Positions 9,829-18,212 of a stretch of 64,000 nt of DNA are shown in pieces (the stretch's first letter is position 1; every line of letters begins with the position of its first letter). The notes beneath the pieces are model-generated. The model worked only from the letters and a program-made list of their open reading frames with translations. It was not told where the DNA came from and did not search any database. The position numbers and the translations under genes are program-made. The DNA is from Gemmatimonadales bacterium (GTDB lineage: Bacteria > Gemmatimonadota > Gemmatimonadetes > Gemmatimonadales > GWC2-71-9), in assembly GCA_035604455.1 (NCBI GenBank), contig DATNIM010000135.1:723-64722 (forward strand), written 5' to 3'.

Positions 9829-10568
9829 CCGCCGCCCAGCCCGTGCCCGTCCGCGCCGGCGGTCCCCCCCCGCCCGACGTGATCATCCTGACGCGCGGGC
9901 TAGCGCGCAACTACGACATGGGCGGGGAAGTCGTTCACGCCCTCCAGAACGTGAACATCGAGATCCGCCGCAACGAATTCGTGGCGATCATGGGGCCCTC
10001 GGGCTCCGGTAAGTCCACCCTGATGAACCTCATTGGGTGCCTCGATACGCCGTCCAGCGGTGAATACTGGTTGAACGGGCAAAAGGCGTCCGATCTCTCC
10101 GACGACCAGCTCGCCCGGATTCGGAACAAGGAAATCGGGTTCGTGTTCCAGACCTTCAACCTGTTACCCCGCGCCGACGCGCTTCGCAACGTCGAGCTGC
10201 CCCTCATCTACGCTGGGTTCTCGACCAAAGCCCGCCGCGACAAATCTGCCCAGGCGCTCGCGCGCGTCGGCCTCGGCGATCGTATGCAGCACTTGCCGAG
10301 CGAGTTGTCGGGGGGCCAGCGACAGCGCGTCGCCATCGCCCGAGCGCTCGTCAACGAGCCGTCGATCCTGCTCGCCGACGAGCCGACCGGGAACCTCGAC
10401 TCCACCACGGGGCAGGACATCCTGCGGCTCTTCGAGGAACTGCATGGCACCGGCCAGACCATCGTGCTCGTGACTCACGATGCGGGGATCGCGGCCCACG
10501 CCCTGCGGCAGATCCATCTGCGGGACGGGGTCGTGGAGCGCGACGAGCTAACACCGCGCGCGCCGTGA
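9825..10568 (+). CDS. ABC transporter ATP-binding protein (MacB/LolD-type, stand-alone ATPase)
   Basis: The GTG at 9825 overlaps the tolC stop (GTGA). Walker [10 protein letters not shown], signature [15 protein letters not shown] and Walker B ILLADEPT. The first ~370 aa of the listed 621-aa ORF are an alternate-frame artefact over tolC. A GTG near 9879 is an alternative start. Confidence 0.9.
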   Translation: MTAAQPVPVRAGGPPPPDVIILTRGLARNYDMGGEVVHALQNVNIEIRRNEFVAIMGPSGSGKSTLMNLIGCLDTPSSGEYWLNGQKASDLSDDQLARIRNKEIGFVFQTFNLLPRADALRNVELPLIYAGFSTKARRDKSAQALARVGLGDRMQHLPSELSGGQRQRVAIARALVNEPSILLADEPTGNLDSTTGQDILRLFEELHGTGQTIVLVTHDAGIAAHALRQIHLRDGVVERDELTPRAP

Positions 10569-12010
10569 CCCGGCGCGCGACGGTCGCCGCCGCTCTCGCG
10601 CTTGCTGCTTGCTCGAAGGCGCAGCCTGCGCCCCTCTACGAGAAGATCCCCGTCGCACGTCGCGACGTGGTCGTCACCGCGGTCGGCCTCGGCCTCATTC
10701 AGCCCCGCCTCACATTCTCGGTGAAGTCCAAGGCATGGGGCGAAATCCTCACGGAACCGGTCCAGACCGGCGACGAGGTCCGGCGGAATCAGGTGCTCGC
10801 GACGATCGACCCGCGCGTCCCAAGTGAGAATCTCGCCGAAGCTCAAGCGGCGGTCGATCAAGCCCGCGCGGCCGTGGCCAACGCGACGGCGCAACGCGGG
10901 CGGAGCGACTCGTTGTACCGCGAGCAGGCAATCGCCGAGGCGACCCACGACTCCTCGAATCTCGCGGCCGCCGTGGCGCAGGCGGCCCTGACGAGCGCCA
11001 AGGCCACGCTGACCACGGCGACCGACGCCATGGAGGACACGCACGTCCGCGCGCCCATCACCGGCACGGTCCTCGAAATCGACGCGGTTCTCGGGACCGT
11101 CGTGTCGAGCCCGACGCTCGGGGGCGGCACCGTCATTCTCACCATGGCGAACCTCGACACCGTCCAGGACTCGGCCATGATCGCCGAGACCGATATCGGG
11201 AACATCCAACCCGGGATGCCGGTCACGATTACCGTGGACGCGTACGGGGACCGGCAGTTCAGCGGCGTGGCGCGCAAGGTCGGCCCGCAGGCGCAGATCG
11301 TGAACAACGCCACCCAGTTTCCCGTCTTCATCGATCTCCCGAACCCCGGTCACCTGCTCCGCGCCGGAATGAACAGCGAGGTGACGATCCACACTGGGCA
11401 GAGTCGCAACGCCCTCGCGGTGCCGAATGCGGCCCTGCGGACGCCCCAGGACGTGGGCTCGGCAGCCGCTATCCTCGGGCTCGATCCCGGGGCGGTGGCG
11501 CAGCAGGTCGCGGCCGAGGAAGCCGCAGCGGCCTCGACCGCCGGCTCGGGCCCCGGACGGGACTCGGGGGCGAACGCGCGCACGTTCGTGACGCCGAGCG
11601 GACGCACGATCACCCTGCCCCCGGGGGTCACGGCCGACCAGCTCCGGGCCGCGCTTGCGACGATGCGGGCGGGCGGCCAGATCTCGCCTGCCGAGCGCGC
11701 GCTGCTCGCCCAAGTGTTTCGCGCCGGCGGCCGCGGCTCGGGCGCTCAACGGCGGGCCGCGACGAGCTACATCGTCTTTGCGATCCGCAGCGGGCAACCG
11801 GTGCCGGTCTCGATCCGCACCGGGTTGACCGACCAGGACTACGTCGAGGTGCAGAGCGGTCTCACAGACGGGGACACCGTGCTCATCTTGCCCAGCGCCT
11901 CGCTCGTCCAGGCGCAGGACCAGATGCGACAGCGATTCCAGAACGTGACCGGCGGCGGCCTCCCCGGGCTCCGGCAATCCTCGAGCGCGGCCCCGCGGGG
12001 GACGCCATGA
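10565..12010 (+). CDS. Efflux periplasmic adaptor (membrane fusion protein, HlyD/MacA family), copy 1
   Basis: GTGA overlap with the ATPase gene. Lipobox-like LALAACS. Motifs [10 protein letters not shown]..., [12 protein letters not shown] and a barrel-sandwich/beta-barrel order. Confidence 0.88.
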   Translation: MTRRATVAAALALAACSKAQPAPLYEKIPVARRDVVVTAVGLGLIQPRLTFSVKSKAWGEILTEPVQTGDEVRRNQVLATIDPRVPSENLAEAQAAVDQARAAVANATAQRGRSDSLYREQAIAEATHDSSNLAAAVAQAALTSAKATLTTATDAMEDTHVRAPITGTVLEIDAVLGTVVSSPTLGGGTVILTMANLDTVQDSAMIAETDIGNIQPGMPVTITVDAYGDRQFSGVARKVGPQAQIVNNATQFPVFIDLPNPGHLLRAGMNSEVTIHTGQSRNALAVPNAALRTPQDVGSAAAILGLDPGAVAQQVAAEEAAAASTAGSGPGRDSGANARTFVTPSGRTITLPPGVTADQLRAALATMRAGGQISPAERALLAQVFRAGGRGSGAQRRAATSYIVFAIRSGQPVPVSIRTGLTDQDYVEVQSGLTDGDTVLILPSASLVQAQDQMRQRFQNVTGGGLPGLRQSSSAAPRGTP

Positions 12011-13359
12011 AGCGCGCGGTGCGCGGACTCCTCAGCGCCGCGCTCGCGGCCGCTGCCTGCAAGCACGCGATGCCAGCGCGGGTGTACGACACGGTGCCGG
12101 TCGCGCGCCGCGACATCACGGTCTCCGCCACGGCGACCGGCGTGATTCAGACACTGCTCACGCTGAGCGTCAAGTCGAAGGCTTCGGGCGAGATTCTGAC
12201 GGAGCCCGTGCAAACGGGCGACGAAGTCAAGCAGGGTCAGCTGCTGGCGACGATCGATCCCCGCATTCCGCAGGACAACCTCGACGCCGCGCAAGCGAGT
12301 CTCACGGTGGCCAAGGCCCAGCTAGAGAACGCCTCCGCCGGGTTGAAGCGCGCCCAAGCCCTGTTCGCCACGCAAACGATCACGGAGGCAGGCCTCGATT
12401 CGGCGAAGCTCGCGGAGGCCACCGCGAGCGCCGCCGTCGTGACCGCGACCGCCAACCTCGAGACCGCCCAGGACGCCATGGAGGACACGCACGTCCGGGC
12501 GCCGAGCCCGGGCACGATCCTTGAGCTCGACGCGGTCCTGGGCACGGTGATCTCGAGCCCCACCAACGACGTCGGGGGCGGCTCCGTGATCCTCAAGATG
12601 GCGAACCTCGACACCGTCCAGGTGTCGGCGCTGGTCGACGAAACGGACGTGGGCAAGGTCCAACCCGACCAGGCGGTCACGATCACGGTCGATGCGTTCC
12701 CGACGGGGGCCTTCGCCGGTCGGGTGCTCAAGATCGAGCCGCAGGCCCAGGTGAGTCAGAACGTCACGATGTTCCCGGTCGAGGTGAACATCCTGAACCC
12801 CGGACATCTGCTGAAGCCCGGCATGGACACGGAGGTCGAGATCCACCTCGGCCAGCGCACAGGCGTGCTCGCGGTGCCCAACGCCGCACTCCGAACGCCG
12901 CAGGACGTGGCCTCGGCCGCGGCCGCGCTCGGGCTCGACTCGATGGCGGTGCGTCGAGAGCTCGCCGCCGCCCCGGCCCCGCTCCCGCCGGACACGGCGC
13001 GAGCCGGCGCGACCTTCACCACCCCGAGCGGACGGACGATTACGCTGCCGCCTGGGGTCACTCCGGACCAAGTCCGAGCGGCCTTCGCGAAGCGCTTCAG
13101 CGGGACTCCCCTCACGCCGGCCGAGCAGGCGTTGCTCGAGCGGGTGCGGGCCCAGTTCCAGCAGACGGCCTCAGGCGGAGCGGCCGGCGCCACGTCGCCC
13201 GCCTCCGCGCCCGGGCACTACAGCGTCTTCGCGCTCCGCAACGGACGCATCACCGCCGTGCCGATTCTCACAGGCCTCACCGACCAGGATTACATCGAGA
13301 TCGTCGGCGGGCTCACCGAACGGGACACGGTCCTGCTCCTCACGGGCGGCTCTCGCTAA
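12007..13359 (+). CDS. Efflux periplasmic adaptor (membrane fusion protein), copy 2, tandem paralogue
   Basis: ATGA overlap with copy 1. Lipobox-like LAAAACK. Colinear with copy 1 along its whole length. Confidence 0.88.
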   Translation: MKRAVRGLLSAALAAAACKHAMPARVYDTVPVARRDITVSATATGVIQTLLTLSVKSKASGEILTEPVQTGDEVKQGQLLATIDPRIPQDNLDAAQASLTVAKAQLENASAGLKRAQALFATQTITEAGLDSAKLAEATASAAVVTATANLETAQDAMEDTHVRAPSPGTILELDAVLGTVISSPTNDVGGGSVILKMANLDTVQVSALVDETDVGKVQPDQAVTITVDAFPTGAFAGRVLKIEPQAQVSQNVTMFPVEVNILNPGHLLKPGMDTEVEIHLGQRTGVLAVPNAALRTPQDVASAAAALGLDSMAVRRELAAAPAPLPPDTARAGATFTTPSGRTITLPPGVTPDQVRAAFAKRFSGTPLTPAEQALLERVRAQFQQTASGGAAGATSPASAPGHYSVFALRNGRITAVPILTGLTDQDYIEIVGGLTERDTVLLLTGGSR

Positions 13360-14573
13360 TGCTGGTCGCCGAAATCCTCACCGTGGCCCTCGAGGCCCTG
13401 CGCGCCAACAAGCTGCGTTCCCTGCTGACGATGCTCGGCATCATCATCGGAGTCGGCGCGGTCATTACCATGGTGGCGCTCGGGTCGGGCGCGCAGAAAT
13501 CGGTCCAGGATCGCATCCAGGCGCTCGGGCCCACGCTGCTCAGCGTCTACCCGGGCCAGAGCTTCATGCGCGGCGTCGCGAGCAACAACCGCGTCAGCCT
13601 GACCCTCGACGACGACACGGCGCTCGCCCACAACGCGCGCTACGTCAGCGCCGTGGTACCCGAGCTCGGGGCCAGCATGCAGGTGCAGTACGGCGACCAG
13701 AACATCAACGTGACGGTGCTCGGCACGACGCCGAACTACGCGGCGGTCCACAACTACACGATGACCGCGGGACGGATGTTCACGGCGGGCGACGACGGCG
13801 CGCGGCGCCGCGTCGCCGTCCTGGGCGCGTCCGTGCCCCAGATGCTCAACACCAACGGGCTCGCGATGATCGGGCAGACCATCCTGATTCGCGGCATCCC
13901 GCTCGACGTCATCGGCCTCCTGTCGGAGAAGGGATCGCAGGGCTCGTTCTTCAATCCGGACGAGCAGATTCTCGTCCCCCTGCAGACGGCCCGCTATCGG
14001 ACCATGGGCACGGACCGGCTGCGGGACGTCACCGTGGAGGCACGCGACCTCGACGCGATGAATCTCGCGATGATCGAGATCGAGCGCGTGCTCCGGCGGC
14101 AGCACAAGCTGCGGCCCGGCCAGGACGACGACTTTCAAATCCGGAACCAGACCGACATCCTGGCGACGCTGCAACAGACGACTGACACGTTCAAGTACCT
14201 CCTCGCGGGGATCGCGGCGGTTAGTTTGATCGTAGGGGGGATCGGGATCATGAACATCATGCTGGTCTCGGTCACGGAGCGCACGCGCGAAATCGGGGTC
14301 CGCAAGGCGCTCGGGGCCACCCGGTCCAACATCTTGTTCCAGTTCCTGGTCGAGGCGCTCGTGCTGTGCCTCGTCGGGGGTCTCATCGGCGTGATTCTCG
14401 GATCCGGGGGCGCCCTGCTCATTTCGCGGGTGGCGCACTGGAATACGCTGATATCGCCGTTCGCGATCTTGCTCGCGTTCGCGTTCAGCGCGGCCGTCGG
14501 ATTGTTCTTTGGCATTTGGCCCGCCCGCCGCGCCGCCATCCTGGATCCGATCGCCGCGCTCCGCTACGAGTAG
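13359..14573 (+). CDS. ABC transporter permease, MacB/FtsX type with periplasmic domain
   Basis: TAATG overlap with the previous gene. N-terminal [23 protein letters not shown], a large periplasmic loop, and the C-terminal FtsX motif [15 protein letters not shown]. Confidence 0.9.
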   Translation: MLVAEILTVALEALRANKLRSLLTMLGIIIGVGAVITMVALGSGAQKSVQDRIQALGPTLLSVYPGQSFMRGVASNNRVSLTLDDDTALAHNARYVSAVVPELGASMQVQYGDQNINVTVLGTTPNYAAVHNYTMTAGRMFTAGDDGARRRVAVLGASVPQMLNTNGLAMIGQTILIRGIPLDVIGLLSEKGSQGSFFNPDEQILVPLQTARYRTMGTDRLRDVTVEARDLDAMNLAMIEIERVLRRQHKLRPGQDDDFQIRNQTDILATLQQTTDTFKYLLAGIAAVSLIVGGIGIMNIMLVSVTERTREIGVRKALGATRSNILFQFLVEALVLCLVGGLIGVILGSGGALLISRVAHWNTLISPFAILLAFAFSAAVGLFFGIWPARRAAILDPIAALRYE

Positions 14574-14623
14574 CCGCGAGCACCCCTACCCCGAGCGCTG
14601 GGGGCGGGCCATCTTCTCTCCGC

Positions 14624-16237
14624 ATGTCGGTTCCAGATTCGGTCGTCTCCGCCCACGATGCCGAGACGGCCGCCGAGCGACGCGCGTTCGTGCTCGCCAT
14701 GGTGCGCCAGCGATGGATCCTCGGCGCGCTCCTCCTGATCGCCGTTGGCGCTGTCGCCCTGTTCGGGGGCGTGCGCGCGTCGAAAGTCCTGCTCTTGGGC
14801 ATCGCGGCCGGTTGCGCGGCCGCCAACTACGTCCTCGGCCGGGGCGCCAGGACGAACCCCGCCTGGTCGGTGACGGCGGGTGCCGTGCTCGATGCCGTGA
14901 TCGTCTCGACGGCGCTCTTCGCCCTGGGTCCGCACGATCTCGGCGCGCTGTTACTCCTGGCGCCGCTCGAAACCGTCTATGTCCTGCGACCTCTCGATGG
15001 CTGGCGGGCCCTCGCGCTCAATGTCCTCGGGCTCGCGGTCATTACCGCCTGGACGCCGGGCACCGGCGTGCGGAGCTGGGTCGAGCAGACCGCAACCCTG
15101 AGCCTCGTGTGTGCCGTGGCATTCCCCGCTCTCGCTGCGACGCGGCGCCGGCTCGAGGGGCTCACCGCCGCCCTCGCGGAAATGGCGCACGGCAACCTGA
15201 CGGTGCGCGTGCCCGACACCGGCCCGGACGGGCTCGGCGCGCTGAGCAGACGCCTCAACTCGGTCGCGGAGACGCTCGAGGGGACGCTCGGACGAACGCA
15301 TGATCGGGCGGCCCATGCCGAGACGCTCGGGCGGCGCGTCACGGAGATGGCGGCCGGATCGCAGGCGACGGCGGAGAGCGCGGCCGCCGCGGCACAGGCG
15401 CTCGCCACGAGCGTCGAACGCGATCGGACCGCCCTTGAGCGCGGCCGCGCCGCGGCGCGGGAGGCTGCGACCGAAGCCTCCGCCCTCGTCGCGGGCACCG
15501 CAGCCCTGGAGCGTCGGATCCGCGCGGCCGCGGACGACGCTCGCGACCGGCTCGGCGCCCGGCGCGCCATCTCCCTGCTCGTGCCCCTCGCCGCGCAGAT
15601 CGACGGTGTTGGGGAGGCGGCCGATGCGCTCGAGCGCGGTTCCCGCGACATCGCCAAGCTCGTGGACGGGATTACCCGGATCGCGAGCCAGACCGACCTG
15701 CTCGCCCTCAACGCCGCGATCGAGGCGGCGCGGGCTGGCCCGCACGGGCTGGGCTTCCGGGTCGTGGCGGCCGAGGTGCGGAAATTGGCCGAACAGGCCA
15801 CCCGGGCGGCTCAGGAGACGCGAAGCCGCGTGACCGACGTCCAGGGACAAAGCGCCGCCCTTGCCGCCGCGCTCGCCGAAGCGCGACGCAGCGCAGCCGG
15901 GCTTAGGCAGGCATCGGACGCGGCCCGCGTCACCGAGGAGCGGATCGCCGCGGAACTCGAGGAGGCTGCCCTACAGGCGAGCGGCGCCGCCCAAGAAGCC
16001 GACGCTCAAGCCAGGCGGCTCGAGGCGGTTGCGCGTGGGCTCGTCAAGGCGGGCGAGGGCATCGACGAGGCGGCGGGTGCCGCCGCCCGCGTCGCCACTG
16101 TCGCGACGGATTCCACCGCGTCCTTGGGCGCGCTCGTCAGCGAAACGCGCCGCCTCGGCGTGGTGCTCGGTGACTGGGTAGCGTTGCACGGAGTTCGCAA
16201 CGACCCTTTGATCGGCGGAGCGACGGACCCGCAGTAG
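14624..16237 (+). CDS. Methyl-accepting chemotaxis protein with multi-TM N-terminal region and HAMP
   Basis: Internal ATG at 14624. Several hydrophobic helices, a HAMP-like segment ([23 protein letters not shown]) and the MCP hairpin tip [36 protein letters not shown]. Confidence 0.85.
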   Translation: MSVPDSVVSAHDAETAAERRAFVLAMVRQRWILGALLLIAVGAVALFGGVRASKVLLLGIAAGCAAANYVLGRGARTNPAWSVTAGAVLDAVIVSTALFALGPHDLGALLLLAPLETVYVLRPLDGWRALALNVLGLAVITAWTPGTGVRSWVEQTATLSLVCAVAFPALAATRRRLEGLTAALAEMAHGNLTVRVPDTGPDGLGALSRRLNSVAETLEGTLGRTHDRAAHAETLGRRVTEMAAGSQATAESAAAAAQALATSVERDRTALERGRAAAREAATEASALVAGTAALERRIRAAADDARDRLGARRAISLLVPLAAQIDGVGEAADALERGSRDIAKLVDGITRIASQTDLLALNAAIEAARAGPHGLGFRVVAAEVRKLAEQATRAAQETRSRVTDVQGQSAALAAALAEARRSAAGLRQASDAARVTEERIAAELEEAALQASGAAQEADAQARRLEAVARGLVKAGEGIDEAAGAAARVATVATDSTASLGALVSETRRLGVVLGDWVALHGVRNDPLIGGATDPQ

Positions 16238-16246
16238 GGGTCCCAG

Positions 16247-16774
16247 TCACGTGGTCGCCCGCGGTGCAACGCTCGTCGAATCCTCCGAGAGGTCGAAGTA
16301 GGCCCGCAGCTCATCGAGCAAATCGTCGTCCGCGTAGATGCCCGTGAGAATCCGCTCGGGCCCTCCCGGGTCCACAAAGACGTAGCCGAAGGGGTAGTCG
16401 AGGCCCGACAGCAGAATCATCCGGCGGGCATGGTTCGGAAGCGCCACGTAGATCGTGTCCGACCGCGTCGCGAGCAGCGAAATGCTGTTCGCCACGAGGA
16501 CCGAGTCCACTTGGGCCGTGTAGTAGCGGAGATCGTCGAAGGCGCTGGCGCGATCGGCCTCCGCCATCGTGTCCGCGGCTCGGAGCCAGAAGACCACCAC
16601 CGCGGGATCGCCGATGGTCCGCGGCGTCCGCAACAAACTGTCCGTCGAATCGCGGCGCAGGGGAACGAGGCGCGCCACCACGGTTGTGTCTCCGCGCCAA
16701 ACGTGGACGCGGAGCGGGCGCCCATGGCACGCGCCGAGGACGCCGAGACCGGCGACGACCATTGCCCGCCACAT
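16247..16774 (-). CDS. Hypothetical lipoprotein
   Basis: Only the C-terminal 175 codons of the listed 436-aa ORF look real. MWRAMVVAGLGVLGAC is a signal peptide plus lipobox. GC3 is high. The opposite-strand reading is Arg-rich junk. Confidence 0.6.
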   Translation of the reverse strand: MWRAMVVAGLGVLGACHGRPLRVHVWRGDTTVVARLVPLRRDSTDSLLRTPRTIGDPAVVVFWLRAADTMAEADRASAFDDLRYYTAQVDSVLVANSISLLATRSDTIYVALPNHARRMILLSGLDYPFGYVFVDPGGPERILTGIYADDDLLDELRAYFDLSEDSTSVAPRATT

Positions 16775-16789
16775 GCGGGGAAATATATT
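16762..16789 (+). promoter_or_regulatory. Promoter-like TTGCCC-16-TATATT, 6 nt upstream of the cytochrome b ATG
   Basis: Seen directly. The -35 box lies inside the divergent lipoprotein gene. Confidence 0.45.
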
Positions 16790-16795
16790 CGGACC

Positions 16796-17503
16796 ATGCC
16801 TTCCGTCCCGGCGCCCGCGCACGCGGGTCGCAGCGCTCGGGCCCCGGCCGTGCGCCGCCACCACTGGGTGGTGCGCCTGACCCACTGGGTGACCGTCCTC
16901 GCCCTCGCCGGCATGATCACGAGCGGACTGCAGATCTTCGAGGCGTATGCTCGCTTTGGTAACCGCGGCGGGCCGTTGTTCCCGAACGTTTTCACCGGCA
17001 CGACGTTTCCAGCCTGGAGTCGCCTTGGCGGGTGGCTCGCGGGCGCCTTGAACTGGCACTTCGCGCTCATGTGGCCGCTGGTGAGCGCGGGACTCTTGTA
17101 CACGCTGTATCTCGCCTCGAGCGGCGAGTGGCGCGCCCTCGTGTTTCGGCCGCGGGACGTGCCAGCTGCGCTCGCCATGGTCCGCTACTACCTCCGGCTG
17201 AGCCCGAACCATCCCCCACAGGGAAAGCACAACGCACTGCAAAAGCTCGCGTACACGAGCACCGTCTTGCTCGGAGTGCTGGCCGTCCTCACGGGACTGT
17301 CGATCTACAAGCCGCTCCAGTTCGGATGGCTTACCGCCCTGTTCGGCGGGTTTCAGGCCGCTCGGTACTGGCACTTTTGGATCGTGTGGATTTTCGTGGC
17401 GTTTACCATCGTTCATGTGATCATGGTGTTCGCCGTCGACCCCGCGTCGTTCCCCGCGATGCTCAGCGGCCGCTACCGCGGTCGGTTCCCCAGTCATGAC
17501 TGA
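16796..17503 (+). CDS. Cytochrome b (b561 / Ni-hydrogenase cyt-b type) membrane subunit
   Basis: The internal ATG at 16796 gives ...RRHHWVVRLTHWVTVLAL. It has four TM helices with conserved His residues and is paired with a Moco enzyme. Confidence 0.8.
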   Translation: MPSVPAPAHAGRSARAPAVRRHHWVVRLTHWVTVLALAGMITSGLQIFEAYARFGNRGGPLFPNVFTGTTFPAWSRLGGWLAGALNWHFALMWPLVSAGLLYTLYLASSGEWRALVFRPRDVPAALAMVRYYLRLSPNHPPQGKHNALQKLAYTSTVLLGVLAVLTGLSIYKPLQFGWLTALFGGFQAARYWHFWIVWIFVAFTIVHVIMVFAVDPASFPAMLSGRYRGRFPSHD

Positions 17504-18200
17504 GCGGCGGGACTTCGTGAGGCTGGTCGGCAGCGCCGGCGCGGCGGCGCTCGCCACGGCCTGCGGCTGGGACGGCGGGACGCTCCTGCGACCATCGTTG
17601 CTCGCCGTCAGTCGCTGGAACGACTGGGTCGGCGAGAAGCTGCTCTACTCCCCGACGCGCCTCGCGCGGACGTATGACACCCGGGAACGGAGCCCCGCCC
17701 TCCCGAGTTACTTCGTTTCCCAAGCGATGCCGCTGCTCAAGGATCCCGCGGCCTGGCGCCTCCGCGTGGACGGACTCGTGCGGAGCCCGCTCACGCTGTC
17801 CCTCGACGCTCTGCAGAGCATGGCGCGTGTGTCCTACACCGTGAAGCACCATTGCGTCGAAGGCTGGAGCGCGATCGCCACCTGGCAAGGGGTCCCGGTG
17901 ACGGCCATCATGGAGCGCTGCGGCCTCTTGCCGGGCGCCCGCTACATCAAGTTCCAGTCCTTTGACTCGGGCTATTCCAACGGTTGGGACCTTGCCAGCG
18001 CGGCGCACCCCCAGACGATCCTCGCCTACGGCATGAACGACAATCCGCTGCCGCCCGCGCACGGGGCTCCGCTCCGTCTGTATTCCCCGACGAAGCTCGG
18101 CTACAAGTTGACGAAGTATCTCGTGGCGATGACCTTCACGAGCGAGCGTCCGGGCGGCTATTGGGAAGACCAGGGATACCCCTGGTTCGGCGGGCTGTAG
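17496..18200 (+). CDS. Molybdopterin-dependent oxidoreductase (sulfite-oxidase / MsrP-YedY fold)
   Basis: Tat-like signal MTERRDFVRLVGSAGAAALA. Motifs VKHHCVEGWS and PPAHGAPLRLYSPTKLGYKLTKYL. It overlaps the cyt b gene by 8 nt. Confidence 0.88.
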   Translation: MTERRDFVRLVGSAGAAALATACGWDGGTLLRPSLLAVSRWNDWVGEKLLYSPTRLARTYDTRERSPALPSYFVSQAMPLLKDPAAWRLRVDGLVRSPLTLSLDALQSMARVSYTVKHHCVEGWSAIATWQGVPVTAIMERCGLLPGARYIKFQSFDSGYSNGWDLASAAHPQTILAYGMNDNPLPPAHGAPLRLYSPTKLGYKLTKYLVAMTFTSERPGGYWEDQGYPWFGGL

Positions 18201-18212
18201 TCGGATCCGGCG

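Larger units (their letters stand above)
10565..13359 (+). repeat. Tandem duplication of the adaptor gene (two diverged ~1.4-kb paralogous units)
   Basis: The two proteins align end to end. Long shared strings include [44 protein letters not shown] and [14 protein letters not shown]. By eye, roughly half the residues are identical. Confidence 0.8.

Noticed and set aside
10475-11977. A 500-aa minus-strand ORF opposite adaptor gene 1, and similar ORFs at 12322-13071 and 13356-14438.
   Set aside because: They are antisense to well-supported transporter genes, have low-complexity Arg/Gly/Asp composition and carry no motifs.
16775-17557. The upstream 260 codons of the 436-aa minus-strand ORF 16247-17557.
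   Set aside because: They overlap the cytochrome b gene in antisense and are not protein-like. Only the part from the lipoprotein-type signal peptide (ATG 16774) onward looks real.
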